A DNA stretch of 63,001 nt, counting the filler, from Porpidia crustulata (lineage: Eukaryota), in NCBI GenBank assembly GCA_964255105.1. It is 6 parts of 6 records of this genome, joined end to end, with 100 filler letters (N's around TTAATTAATTAA, not from the genome) between each part and the next. Parts side by side here need not be neighbours in the genome. Positions count along the whole stretch, not along the records: positions 42,114 to 52,515 come from CAXUWE010000778.1; positions 52,616 to 63,001 come from CAXUWE010000779.1; 4 more parts are not named here. The stretch is one strand, 5' to 3'. Positions 51,223 through 63,001 of the stretch are shown one piece after another. Below the pieces are notes generated by a model. The model was not told the DNA's origin, ran no database searches, and worked only from the letters and a program-made list of their open reading frames with translations. Positions within the stretch are counted from its first letter, which is position 1; each line of letters begins with the position of its first letter. The translations under genes were made by a program, and so were the position numbers.

Positions 51223-52515
51223 TGCCACGTACGGCGGTGACCAGCCCAAAATAAACAACCACCAGAAAGTCGAGCAATGTCAGCAAGATTCGAGGGAGAG
51301 GTTGAATTAAAGGGACTGCGGTCGAGATAATACGTTGATCTACGTTAGCATGACTGGACGTTGCCTGTGGGCTTCTCCATGCAGATCGACGTTTACGGAC
51401 ACTAGTGATGTCAACCAAACTTCATGGCTTCCCTTCTTGTAAAACGGCAACATCAATGTCAAATTCGACCGATCTATTGATGTTCAACAGATCTGCAAGG
51501 GCCCGAGTCATCTTCATCAATATATTATTAATCACAGCATTGTGGTACCTGAAAACCACTTTGGGGAGGCGCAGAATTAAGGTCACTGTGCAATGTGAAC
51601 TCTAAGTATATCATATCTAATCATGCCTTCACTCGGTCACGCAGATTTCCGGCATCTACCCTTGCAAAGATCTCAACAGCAACGAGGTCAATCTTGCGGT
51701 CTTGATCGGAGACGCGGAGTTCTTGCATTCACTGGACCCCGATCTCACGCAGACTACCTTTCCTGCCTACTTCCTCATGCATTGCTGTTGTGTAATTACG
51801 GCCACTTTCAAATACACAAAGGATGAATCACGCTGACCGCCTGGCATGAAAACCAGCTGTGACTTTCGTCTACGATCATACCAACGGCTGATGCGCTCAA
51901 GAACTGCAGAGGATCTTTACGTTTTCCTACGTGAACCCGACTGTGAAATGAGGAGAGTAAGCCTGGATTAGAATCTCCGAGTTCAGAAAGCATGCAATGT
52001 CAATCTGCCATCACTCTATCGTCGAGACGATCTGGAGAAGCTTCCTGAAGCGTCGGTGCCTTAGATCATGGCATGTAATTCGCCGGTTTTGGCAGTCTTT
52101 GAATAGACTTCAGATGCCTCTTGTGTCTATTTATCGATAATGTCGACGAAGGAGAGCAAAAGCAATTGTGCAGGTAGATAGAAAATAAAAAGAGAGACAT
52201 GTCTGGCTCAACGAGCGAAACAAATTCTTTTGATTACAGAAAAATGTGCTGAATGCATGTATGTAGAGGGATTGGGATGAAGAAGAAGGGTTTTAAATCC
52301 AACAGGTAGCCAAGGTCAACGAAATCACTTTATGAACGTACATATCTAGATTCTTGTTCAAGTAGACATCAAAACCGATCGTGAAAATCCATACACTCTC
52401 GCAAGCCAACCTTCAATGAATCCGGCCGCATCAAATCCATACCTTCAAACCTCAGAGTCTTTCTGGCATCCCAGCCGCACTTCAATACTCTAGCGCAACC
52501 TTAACATCCAAAGCC

Positions 52516-52615
52516 NNNNNNNNNNNNNNNNNNNNNNNNNNNNNNNNNNNNNNNNNNNNTTAATTAATTAANNNNNNNNNNNNNNNNNNNNNNNNNNNNN
52601 NNNNNNNNNNNNNNN
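52516..52615. other. Artificial contig spacer
   Basis: N44-TTAATTAATTAA-N44. Confidence 0.99.
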
Positions 52616-54153
52616 GTCGTAGCTCGGGTGGGGGGGGGGTAGGAACGGTTGACCGGGGCGGTTGCGGTAGGGGGACCCGGTGGCGGAGGGACGGGCACGG
52701 TGGTTGTATTCGATGGCGGCGGCGACTTGGGCGACGGAGTTGGGGGGGATGTCGACGGAGGAGGGGTGGATGATGGAGAGGGGGAGTTGGACTTTGAGGC
52801 GTTTGGGGGGGAAGGAGAGGGTAAGGTTGATGTTGAGGAAGTAGCGGATGCCGAAGTAACGGCCTGTTTGGCTGTTAATTGGGGGAGTGAGGAATATGAG
52901 AGATGGAGGGGCCACCTGTATCGATGGACACCAGACCTGTGGGTAGTTGGAGTTGGCACGTCCGGATGTCTTCCGAATGGCCTTTAACACCTTGCCAGCC
53001 GTCCTTGGACTCCTTCATTGCCCACTTCCTCACTATTTCTTTTTCGCAATGATCTGGTAGGCGAAGGAGGTCGGCGTTCGTCTCGTCCGTAGATGCTGCT
53101 GCGAGTTTGTGAAACGCCGTGATCTTTTCCAATTGGAGTTCGATGCTTCTAACGGCTTTCCGGCTGCTGTTGACGACGTGAATGTCGACGAAGACGATGT
53201 AGCCACTTATCCAGATTTGGCGATGCAGACCTGCAGTCAATTTGATTTTTCCGTCTGATATTTGGATTTCATCGGAAGCAAGCAACGGACTGGTCAAGTT
53301 TAAGAGAGCTTTTTCGGCTAGCGGTTGGTTCAGTGAGGTCTTTATTCGGCATGTATGATATGTACGTACGATCATGAACGGTTAATACTGAAATCCTCTG
53401 GGATTTTCGGACAAGCACTCGCTTTTCAGCAATATTGGCTCCGATGGTTACACTGAGCAAGTAATAGATGGCAACTCTCTTTGACTCATGAGAAGGTGGG
53501 CCTACAATGACCGGGAGATTGAGGTGGAAAGGGAGTATAGATCTGGACGGTACCACTCTCCATGTTGCCTCCGCATTCGGTTCATCTGATCCTATCATTG
53601 TGGCTGGAGGAGGATGTGCTTCGTCTAAAAGCTCGGTTGCCAACGAGCGGAAAATCCACTGCCTGCTATTTGAACGCTCGACACCAATCAGAGTAACCGT
53701 TATTCGATCGATCAATACCAAAGGCCGGTCTTTATTTCCAGTTGGCGATTTTGCTTCATCAACAACCAGACACACCTCTCCTTCGACGGTTGCGCCGCCA
53801 ACGAATAGCGACGATGATAGGTGAATGGTCAATACGATGCGAGGATGGCTGAGCTTGGGGAAGTCCAAGATTTCCGTGAGCACTCCCGAGGGAATAAAGG
53901 TCCTGGAAGGAGCTTTGCGCAACGCTCTCAATTCTGTCCGACGAATAGGTGATATCGATCTACCTCGCGAAGGAATAGCCTTGGCTAGTGCTGGTGGAAG
54001 AAACAGAGCATTAGGGAGGACAAATTTGTTTTGCCTCGGCGTCAGGTTGTTGGAGTTCTGTTGTAGAGCATTCTGCGATGATCTCCTATCGGGAATCGTT
54101 GTCGTCGTACTTTCTAGTGAAACTCGACGGGACTTGGAAGTTGGGGGTTCCAT
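52616..54153 (-). CDS. Arrestin-domain protein, 3'-truncated
   Basis: Beta-sandwich patterns LFVGGATVEGEV, LPFHLNLP, HRQIWISG, GRYFGIRYFLNI. Confidence 0.75.
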
Positions 54154-56173
54154 ATCATCTCAACCGTTGATTGTTGTACGTACATCGAAGGTGATTAATG
54201 TCTATTTCATGGCAGCTTGTGCCTGTGGTTCGGACCTGCCGTTTTGGCCGACGCCATTATACCAACATATCATAAACTTCATGCTCAACAGTCCTAACGC
54301 ACTCATTGTCAACTGGAAACCTATGGTCCTATGATCATTCTGTCCAAGTGCTGCATGCTATTGTTGGCCAAGAGGAGTGAGATGAAAAGGGTAGAAACAG
54401 ATTTTCCATTTGATAAACCTAGTTGTTGAAATAATACGACTGCGATATGCATTTCTTGCAACGTTTAAATCGCCCTACCGCGGAATCAATCGTACTGATA
54501 TGTGGGTATTGTAGAACTGAACTTATTTGAGGAGCTTCCCGTGCTTTAACTAGCGAAGTCCGATACAAAGTCTTCCCAAGCATCTCGAACACATATTATC
54601 ACATTAATACCACTTTGAAAGGAACATAATAAGAATGTCCCACAGCTGTCTGAGAAAGGCTCGCTGATACGAAGACTGCGGTTGCTTGCGCTCGAGTGAA
54701 AGACCGTCTAACACCCGTTTCAAAGCCTAGCTGCCAGCAATCTTGAATTTCAAGACGACCGAGCACACCCTCATTCCAGGACTTCGCAGACATTGGGAGC
54801 ATGAACAATCAACTGCTAATAAAAATTTGCTAGAGATTGACTAGCTTACACACGCTTTACATTGATGGCCTCGGGCGTATACCGGTTGTTCGGGCTCCAG
54901 GCTCACTTGATTTTCTTAGCCTTCCCATCTCATATTCCTACATCCGAGAAGGGTGTATGGTGCAATATACCGCTGATCCAATCAACGTTTCACTGTGGCT
55001 GGAAAGCTGGATCGAACAGATCTCACACGCTCTGCGCTCTGTGAGCAATCAATATCAAACTTATCCGCGCGTCGATGCGTTGACGCTCTAGATGATGACA
55101 ATCGGTTGTATTCAGTCGCATACGCTCCTCAGGCGGCGTCCTCCGACGGATCCGGGAGACGCAAGATCCTGGACGCAGGGTGCTTCTATGCGACAAGGCA
55201 GACTGTGAGACAGACTGACCACACCCTCGGGGACATGGAGGGTGACATGGAGCGATGGAAGAAGTCATATCTTATCAATCCACGGTTCATGCCATGTGGT
55301 GTGGTTTTTAAGTTGGAGGGAGACGTCAAGCTGCTTTTATTTGTGTCGATCAGGGCGGGAGAGAATCAGTTCGGGTTCACCTGGAATAGTTCCCGGTATC
55401 TGGTCCGCGGAATTGCCTAATCGTTTCCAAGAAAGCCTCCGCCCCCGCTTCCTCGCAGCCTACGACGTTTCAAGGCAAAGGATGCGCAATCTCAGCAGAA
55501 TTGGCTGGGGAAGCAGCCAATGAGTCGCCTCCTCCGCTCGAAACCAGTGGTTGTCTCTTCCCTCTGGCCCAACTACATTGGGCTGACGCCTGAACGCCGC
55601 GGCCTCTACGTCGAAAGCTTTGGATTTTCAAAGGGTAATAATTTGTAGGGCGAAAGCGCAAAACCCCGGCCAAGTCCAGAAAATTCTGCTAGGCCCCCTG
55701 ACGTGGTCCCCAGGGTCCAATACCTTTTTACATCGCTCGTATGATCGTATCAACCCCACATTGCTTTCTACCCAGCGTGACTTGTTACTACTATGTGCCG
55801 ACTTCACGGGCTAAGACACTGGGAAACCGAGCTTTGTTCGCTCGGGTGCCGTGCTTACCTACATGAAGCAGTTTCATTCGTCTAATTACTCTTACACTCT
55901 TCCATTTTTCCACACAAATCCTTCTCCTCCCACTCCCTTCTCGTCTGTTTCCATTATCTAAGAGTTTGATCCTCAACTAAGGTATCCCATATACGATTCT
56001 TCATTTCTTTTTGCGTGGATACTCAAACAGTTAGACCCAGTCTCAGCTCGGGTTAGGGCTGTCAAGCGCGTGGCTTGACACGCAGACGAACCCTGGCGCC
56101 TTTTCTGGACGAGCAAGTCATTGGTAGACTCAACCGCGTGGTCGACGACGACTCGGATACCAACGATTTGGGC

Positions 56174-57593
56174 ATGTCCAGTATCGAAGACGCACCAACG
56201 GCGCCCAAAGCCGAGCACTCGGATGAAGAATCTTTCTCCGAGTCCTCTCCAGAAGACCTCGAGCAGAGCTTTGTGCAAGAAGTCACACAGGTCCAGAAGC
56301 GTAAAGGTGGAAGGAAGCCTGTGCGTGACAGTGATGGAAGTGAAAACTTTTGTATCAGTGGACTGACAATTTATCAGATCTATGCAACCTCGGAGGAGCG
56401 GAAACAGAGGAACCGTCAAGCACAAGCAGCGTTCCGAGAACGTCGTACAGAGTATATCAAGCAGCTCGAGACCACAATTAAGCACCATGAAGACACCCTC
56501 CAGAGTCTACAACAAAGCCACCGCTCGGCGGCCGACGAATGCCTTATGCTGCGGTACAAGAACTCACTTCTTGAACGTATACTTCTCGAAAAGGGTCAGT
56601 ACACTCAGTTGAGCTTTAGCCCACGGAAACTGATAGCCAAGTAGGGATTGACGTCCAGGCCGAGCTAAAATCGAAGACGGATACCTCGCACGGCTTACCT
56701 GCCAACCCAAACCCACCACAACATCCAGTCTCGCAGCCGTCCCCTCAGCAAAGAGCGGTCATGAACCGTCATAACCAAGCACGTCGGTCAATTTCTGGAA
56801 GTGGGTTGAAGGTCCTGCATCCTCAATCCTCCCAAGGAAACTCAATGACCAGTCAACCATCACAATTACAATCGAATCCTTCACTACAAACACATTCACC
56901 ACTGATGACCAAGTCACCAGCGAGCTTAGTACAAGGTGGGATAGCCTCACCTGGCGGCGATTTGCAAGCTCAGCAACAAACACAGCCGCAGCTTAAGCCT
57001 CGGAACCAACCTGCTCGAGGCAACCTCGGCTTGGCAATCCCAACATCAGCCCCCAACATGCAAGCTATGTCACCCAATGAAAGAGGTGGAGGTGGAGGCA
57101 ATGAGATGAACAGTGCTGCAAGTAATCCGTCGAGCTATTATCCATCACCGTTCCAGACTCATATAGAGCAACTCGGCAAGCTGTCCCGCCCCCTCCTTTC
57201 CCTGTTTTTTTTATAGAGCTATGTTCGTCCTAGATTGATTCCGTGAGTACAGAACAGGAGTACGATGCGCATGCCGACATGCTTGACGACCAAGATCCCA
57301 GTGATCATTCGGCAGGCCCAGGGCCTTACCCACAACAGTTCGCCCATCCGCCTCTTCCTCCGGGTCAGCAGCTCCCGATGGGCATGCCAGGGCACCCGCC
57401 CATGCAGCCGATGCAGCCGATGCATCCGCCACCGACCTCGCACCCGGTGGATACAAGCCAACCGGGGTATGATGGGATGAACCAGCTTTTCGACCCATTC
57501 GACCCCATGCTAGACGCCGATCCATTTGGATTGACCGCAAGCATGCATTTCCCAACCCAATTCACTTTCCAGGAAAGCTCTATGAGGCAATAG
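56174..57593 (+). CDS. bZIP transcription factor (AP-1-like; resembles the Fcr3/ADA-1/ZIF1 group)
   Basis: EERKQRNRQAQAAFRERRTEYIKQLE basic region and zipper; C-terminal DPMLDADPFGLTASMHFP. Confidence 0.88.
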
Positions 57594-58240
57594 AACTGTT
57601 TGCCATTTGACTATTACAGCGGGTGGCGCTAGTGTGTTTAATTTGGTTATAAGTACGGACTTGGCGGACTGCATCTCAAGGACTACCCGGTGGCGGCCTG
57701 TTCCTACACAACTGGTCTGGATAGCATAGCATGGGCGCTTGGCGTCGTCTTATGGGTCTCTTCTTTGGATTAGGCCAGGAGGTCATGGATCGGAAAAGTA
57801 AAAGCGCCGGACGTGTGTACGATTATGGGGTCATCGTTTTCCAATCCATTCATCGGATGGCTCCAAAGCAGGCTGCTTGAAATTGGAAGAGGCCCAGAGT
57901 CATTCAATAGCGACGAAGCGGCGAGGATCATTCGTTTGAGCGTTGCCTCAGCAAAAGTTTGAACACAATTGCCGTTTCAGGATTGGCATAGTCGGACTCG
58001 ATACGGGTACTAGGATATAATATACGTTCATTCCAACCTCTATATGCCCCACAATAACACTATTGTTTGAACCATAAGTGGGTGCAAGTACTCTATCGCC
58101 GACGAAGATAAACTCTCCGCCGTACTGAACTGCAAGGATAGAAGATGGAGAACATTGTAAAGTCTTCTAGCGCCGCAATGCTCAGAGGTCAATTGAACAA
58201 TCGCAAAATCATCCTTTTGTATCTATATGCTCGATATCCT

Positions 58241-58379
58241 ATGACGGAGTGCTGCGTCATCTCAGCACTTCCGCCATGATTCTGGTATCTGTGAATCCGC
58301 ATTTGGGTGGAAGGATGTCCCCTTGATCACATTGGCGATAGACTCATATCAGGAGGGTATTCTGGCCATTCGTGCGGAT
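58241..58379 (+). ncRNA. Candidate structured RNA (two hairpins), class unknown
   Basis: Hand folding of 58295-58379 gives ~29 pairs with 7 G-U wobbles on the + strand. Confidence 0.3.
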
Positions 58380-58736
58380 GCAAGAAAGGTGCTTATCAGT
58401 GTTGAATGAGCTCTCCATTCCCGAAATAATGCTTAAGATGTATAATTGCTTGGAGTAGCACAGATGTGACAGTCACACAGTCAGGGGCTCGGGAGGAATC
58501 CCTTTCGTAAGCGAGCTTAGCTCTGTCACTAGCGGCAGCAGAGAGTAAAATTCGCACAATTCTGGGGGAAACCACTCAACTACAGCGCTGTTCAGAGTAC
58601 CGCGACCTGCGATATTGACACCGGGAGATAAGTCTTGAAAATGGGGTCTCTTAGCTCGTGATACCAGTACAATCAGAGAGAATTGCTGCGATAGCATTGG
58701 AAGCCTTCGCCAGAAGGCTGTCGTAGGTTGGACGAC

Positions 58737-60211
58737 ATGACGGACGTCAAATCCAAGGTAAGGAGCTACATTATCCGACGATCCCATGTTCACAAGATGT
58801 GAACTATCACTTTCTGATGTCTCATACATGCCCTGCGTATCGATCACTAACATTGGGATCACCAGAACCTTTACGAGCTCCTTGGTATACGCTATATTAC
58901 CTCGACCATCTCAGCCGACTAATTACAGAATAGGCAATGACCATGACGAGGACTCTGACAAGGAACCAGAGCCACCTACCAAGGTCGTCGACAAGCCAGT
59001 TGCGAGGAACAGCAAACGCAATGCTCCTGATGCCCCGCCCAGCGAACCTCGGGGAGGCGCTGTTGGAGGCGATCGTAGTGGACGCGGTGGACGGCGTGGA
59101 GGATTTTCTGGTAGCGAGGATGGTTCGTGCTCAACCCGTTCGATCCAGTTTAGATTTCTTCTGCCACTTTGAAGGGTTTCACCTTGAGCACGAATCGCTG
59201 ACTTTTACCCTAGCCTTCCGTGACCGCACAGCCGGATCCGTGAACAATCGTGGTAAGCCAGTCGACGACGGCCTACGCCAGGATCGCCATTCGGATCGTT
59301 TTGGAGGCGGTCATGGCCAAGGCAACTACGAGGGACGAGGTGGACGGGGAGGTCGTGGAGGCAGAGGTGGTCGAGGCGGCCGTGGGGATGATCGACATAG
59401 TCGTGGTCCACCCAAGTATGCAACTTCTTGCAATAGCAGCTTATGCATTGACTGACTATCCCGTTGAAGTGATCATGTCAAACAAGCCGACCAATCTTGG
59501 GGTGCTCCAACTGGAACTTCAGAATGGAATGACGAAAAGGCAGGAGAAGCTATTGCCAAAGCCGATGAGAGCGGTGCAGGCTGGGACAATACCGGTGCTG
59601 ATCCAATCGCCGGTGGCTGGGACAGCAGTGCTGCCGCCCCTGTGGATGGCGCCAATAAGCCAGCGTATACTGAAGGTGCTACTACCGCCGACGCTGCTGC
59701 TCCTACCGAGTCTCAACCGGCAGCAGAGCCCGAGCCAGAAGACAACAGCAAGTCCTATTCCGAATATCTGGCCGAGCAAGCGGAGAAGAAGCTCAAACTG
59801 GGCGGCGGAGTACCTGAAGCGCGCAAGCCAAACGAAGGGCGCAAGGTTGACAAGAAATGGGATGCCGCCAAGCCCATATCCAAGGAAGAAGAAGCCGAGT
59901 ATTTCGCAGGCAAAGGCGAGAAGGCGAAGCAGCAGAAGACGCGTAAAGAGAAGAACGTGCTGGATGTCGACCTGCGCTACGTCGAGCCATCTTCCGGTAA
60001 TAGGGGCGACCGTGGCGGCCGAGGCGGTCGCGGAGGACGAGGCGACTTCCGTGGCGGAGACCGAGGGCGTGGCCGTGGACGTGGGGACGGATACCGAGGA
60101 CGTGGCGATGGCGACTTTCGTGGCGGATACCGCGGGGGGCGCGGCGGCCGCGAAGGCAACAACGTCAACGTCTCGGACGAGAACGCGTTTCCCAGCCTCG
60201 GTGGCTCGTAA
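58737..60211 (+). CDS. STM1: Stm1/HABP4-family ribosome-associated RGG protein
   Basis: SKNLYELLGND, AFRDR, DRHSR, KSYSEYLAEQ, RGG repeats, FPSLG end. Confidence 0.88.
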
Positions 60212-60539
60212 GGAACCTATCTACCCTCGCAGGCCGGCAGGATTGGCAGGATTGGCAACACTCGCCCGCGGTTCGAGGGAGAGGGGAGAGGAGAGGATCA
60301 TAGAGCAGGGCCGGGACGATCTAGTCCTTTTTTCACTTTTTACCGAGAGGGAATTCTTCGACGGGTTTAGGGCGTATGTAATATAGCCGGCTGGCGTAGC
60401 TCGTAGCCCGTGGCTCGTGGTTGGCGGCGAGAGATACAAAAAGAAAAGCACGTTTTGACGGGTTGGTTTTTGTGTTCTTTGAGTGGATGTGGAAAGTGAG
60501 GAGGTGGTGGATGGGAGATGGATTTTATTTTCTAAACTT

Positions 60540-60860
60540 TTATGTGGGTTCCGGTACTCTTATTCTTTTCTCCTTTTCCCCAAGACTTTTTTTTCCTTTT
60601 GTTCTCCCATCCGTCTGAATCTCCTTTTGCTTCTGTTCTTGCTTCGTCCTTTATTTTCTTCATTCTCTTCTGCTTTTTCTTATCTTTTCTTCACTTCATT
60701 TTCCTTCCCTTTTATAAGTTCTCTTATCTCTTTCTACGTCTTTTTTTCTTTTTTTTCTTTTTATCATTTCTTTTTTTTTCGTTTAAAAATTATATCGATA
60801 TCACATTAACCTTCTCAACTTTTCAATTCTTAATTATCTCATTCTCAATACCCTCATTCT
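60540..60860. repeat. T/C-rich low-complexity tract
   Basis: Almost purely pyrimidine on the + strand. Confidence 0.8.
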
Positions 60861-61507
60861 CATCATCATCATCTCCGCATCCACACACTCATTATCACGC
60901 AAAACCCCACCCATAGTCACGGATGCTCCGCTACGAGAAAGTACTCGGAGAACTTAATTATTGAAATATCTAGATACACAACGCACGCATGTAGAAAAAG
61001 AATCATAAACAAACTTTCTCTACAAAATATCTTTCTTAACGTTGCATTATCATATAATCGAATCGAATCATCATACAATCTAAATCCATGTTAGATCAAT
61101 TCATGTTCATCAGAAGTATCTCGGAGATTCAGTGCAGCTGATTCATGACCAAGAACGGCATTTAAAAACGACCGTCGAAGAAGAGGTCAGAATGTATGCC
61201 GATTGTCGATTGAGCGTCTGCGGAAAATTAGGTAGCTATGGAGATGTTGTTGGTTATCTCGGGGAATCTTTCTGGAGTTAGATACTCAGTCATGGAGCGA
61301 ATGTGCTGTCTACTCAGAGCGCAAGCTTTGATTCGGGAGCTGACGCCATCGTTTGCTCATCCAAAGAGACATGAACTATACGAACAGCTCGTCCTTGGCT
61401 GGCATATACTAGTCGCTCCGGGACAAGCGTTTTTGATGATCAGATCCGTTAGGGGGCAGCTGGAAGACAACATTCACTTTTCGCATGATCGTCTCGCTAG
61501 AAAGAAT

Positions 61508-62196
61508 CTACAACAGTTTTTTCGCGCTCAACTTTTCAACAATGTCGTCCTGGAACAATCTTGTAAAATCGGGTTCCCCCGTCTGTCCCTTGAAAGTATC
61601 GTTCAGGCACGCCATGACAGCTTCCGAATACGAGGTCCCCATGTGATACGGCACGCTTTTCTGCGCGATACCCTCGAGATGTTCTTGCACCGCAAACCTG
61701 TCGATACCGGCACCGTCAACGCAGAGCCCTGCCGCTGCCCTCTCGAAGTGATCTTTGGCAGTCGTCCACGTTGCGATCTCGAGTAAGACCACCCCCAGCG
61801 CATAAAGATCGTGGAGCTTGGTGAAGGTCATCCGTGGCCGGCCCGGATGAAGATACAAGGTCATGGAATCAGTGGCCTTGTTGTAGTGCTCAAACGTCCT
61901 GCCGCCTACTGGACGGGAGTACTCGAAATCGACCAGGTAAGGCGAGTCGAGCATCCAAGCTTTGGTATTCCGATTCCGGAAGAATACAATGGACTGACTG
62001 CAAACGCTTTTGTGAACCCATTGATCGGCATGGAAGACCCCAATGCTTTGCGCGATCACTTGTGCGACGTGGAAGCGGGATTTGAGAGGGAATCGGGATT
62101 CCGAGGCAGTAAATTTGATAAGTTGATGTAAAGAGATTGGTTGAGAATGTTCGGCGTGGAGTGGAAACCTGTAAATGAATGCATATCTTGGTCTGA
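61508..62196 (-). pseudogene. Kinase-like C-lobe fragment of the fungal HeLo-associated type; N-terminal part absent
   Basis: FHADQWVHKSVCSQSIVFF, PYLVDFEYSRP, LYLHP, HDLYALGVVLLEIATW; preceded by a splice acceptor and low-complexity DNA. Confidence 0.6.
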
Positions 62197-62766
62197 TCTG
62201 ATGGATTAACGTGACCGTAAAATGGCAGCATTCGGAAGGGAGGGAAACTGAACTCGCATTCGAAAGAGGTGGGGGAGACGGGAAATAGAAGGAAAATAGA
62301 GGCGGAAGAGAGAGGAGGAAAAGAAAGAAATGAAATGAAAATGAGAAAAGGAAGAGGGGGAAAAAAGAAACGAAAAGAAAAGAAAAGGAGGAAAACAAAG
62401 CCAGAAGTAGTGAAATGATTATATATATATCAAAAACATGTAAATGAAATCTCACCGCGGCATCTATCCAACCCAACCATTCTAAAAAACCGACTCGCCC
62501 ACCCGGCAGTTCAGATCTACACGCCCACACATCAACCAATAGACATTTTAGAACAAAAGCCCTCGTATCGTAAACCTTTCGTCATTGTCACGACCCTGTC
62601 TATAATGCCGGATTGTGCCTACATGACACGTGCAGCCTATGTCTTCAATCCCTCCTTACTCCCCCTCAACCTCGTAATTGCCTAAACGCCATCACCTTCC
62701 AACTCCCATTCCTCAATACTAATTCCCATTCATATACCTCCCCCCCCCGATCCACCCAATCCAAAA

Positions 62767-63001
62767 TCACCGCTTCCCCACCTCATCGAGTTTATTCAAC
62801 ATCGCCTGCGTCTCCCTCACCAACTCCTTCCTTCGCGCCCGCAGCCCCTCGTCCCCGTCCGTCTCGACGGCGTCGCACTTGAGGATGATTTGCGCCAGGA
62901 TGGTCTCACTCAGCTTCTTGTACTCCAGATCGCGCGCCTTGCTCTCGTGCGGCGGGTTCGACATGAACTGGATGCATTTGGGCACGAATTGGGTGTGGAA
63001 G
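62767..63001 (-). CDS. BAG-domain co-chaperone, C-terminal part
   Basis: YKKLSETILAQIILKCDAVETDGDEGLRARRKELVRETQAMLNKLD. Confidence 0.85.
   Translation of the reverse strand, partial: FHTQFVPKCIQFMSNPPHESKARDLEYKKLSETILAQIILKCDAVETDGDEGLRARRKELVRETQAMLNKLDEVGKR

Noticed and set aside
54932..54940. ATATTCCTA matching the snR30/U17 m1 motif
   Set aside because: No downstream AAACCAT m2 motif or ACA box in register
56050..56058. GGGTTAGGG as a telomere seed or telomerase RNA template
   Set aside because: Single 9-mer in the bZIP 5' region with no supporting structure; expected by chance
59250..60386. 378-aa overlapping ORF in STM1
   Set aside because: Alternative-frame shadow of GC-rich RGG coding sequence, spans an intron, GTG start
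60483..60916. Phe-rich 'membrane protein' ORFs, and the similar N-terminus of ORF 61508-62539
   Set aside because: Translation artefacts of polypyrimidine tracts

Overview
Intron-containing DNA of a filamentous ascomycete (Pezizomycotina; possibly lichen-associated, which is only an inference). The window is not one locus. It is six unlinked ~10.4-kb contigs in decreasing length (1-10441, 10542-20972, 21073-31499, 31600-42013, 42114-52515, 52616-63001), joined by artificial 100-nt N44-TTAATTAATTAA-N44 spacers. Contigs 4-6 are mostly housekeeping: FGGY kinase, Imh1 golgin, Lunapark, calcineurin B, Epl1, SET methyltransferase, Kae1, SNF1 beta, arrestin, bZIP, Stm1, BAG. Contigs 1-3 are more accessory. 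The best candidate for an undescribed system is a co-oriented three-gene cassette at 5343-9361: an intact caspase-like protease, a tiny spliced beta-rich protein and a DUF6594 membrane protein, suggestive of a protease-triggered membrane-effector module. Other notable items: an identical 53-bp transposon terminus at two contig ends, a 71-bp hairpin-bearing satellite, a 17/34-bp foldback-like array, near-identical NLR-type ankyrin repeats, candidate non-AUG starts for calcineurin B and a bZIP factor, and a G-U-rich intergenic hairpin. Family assignments are from motif recognition, not database searches.
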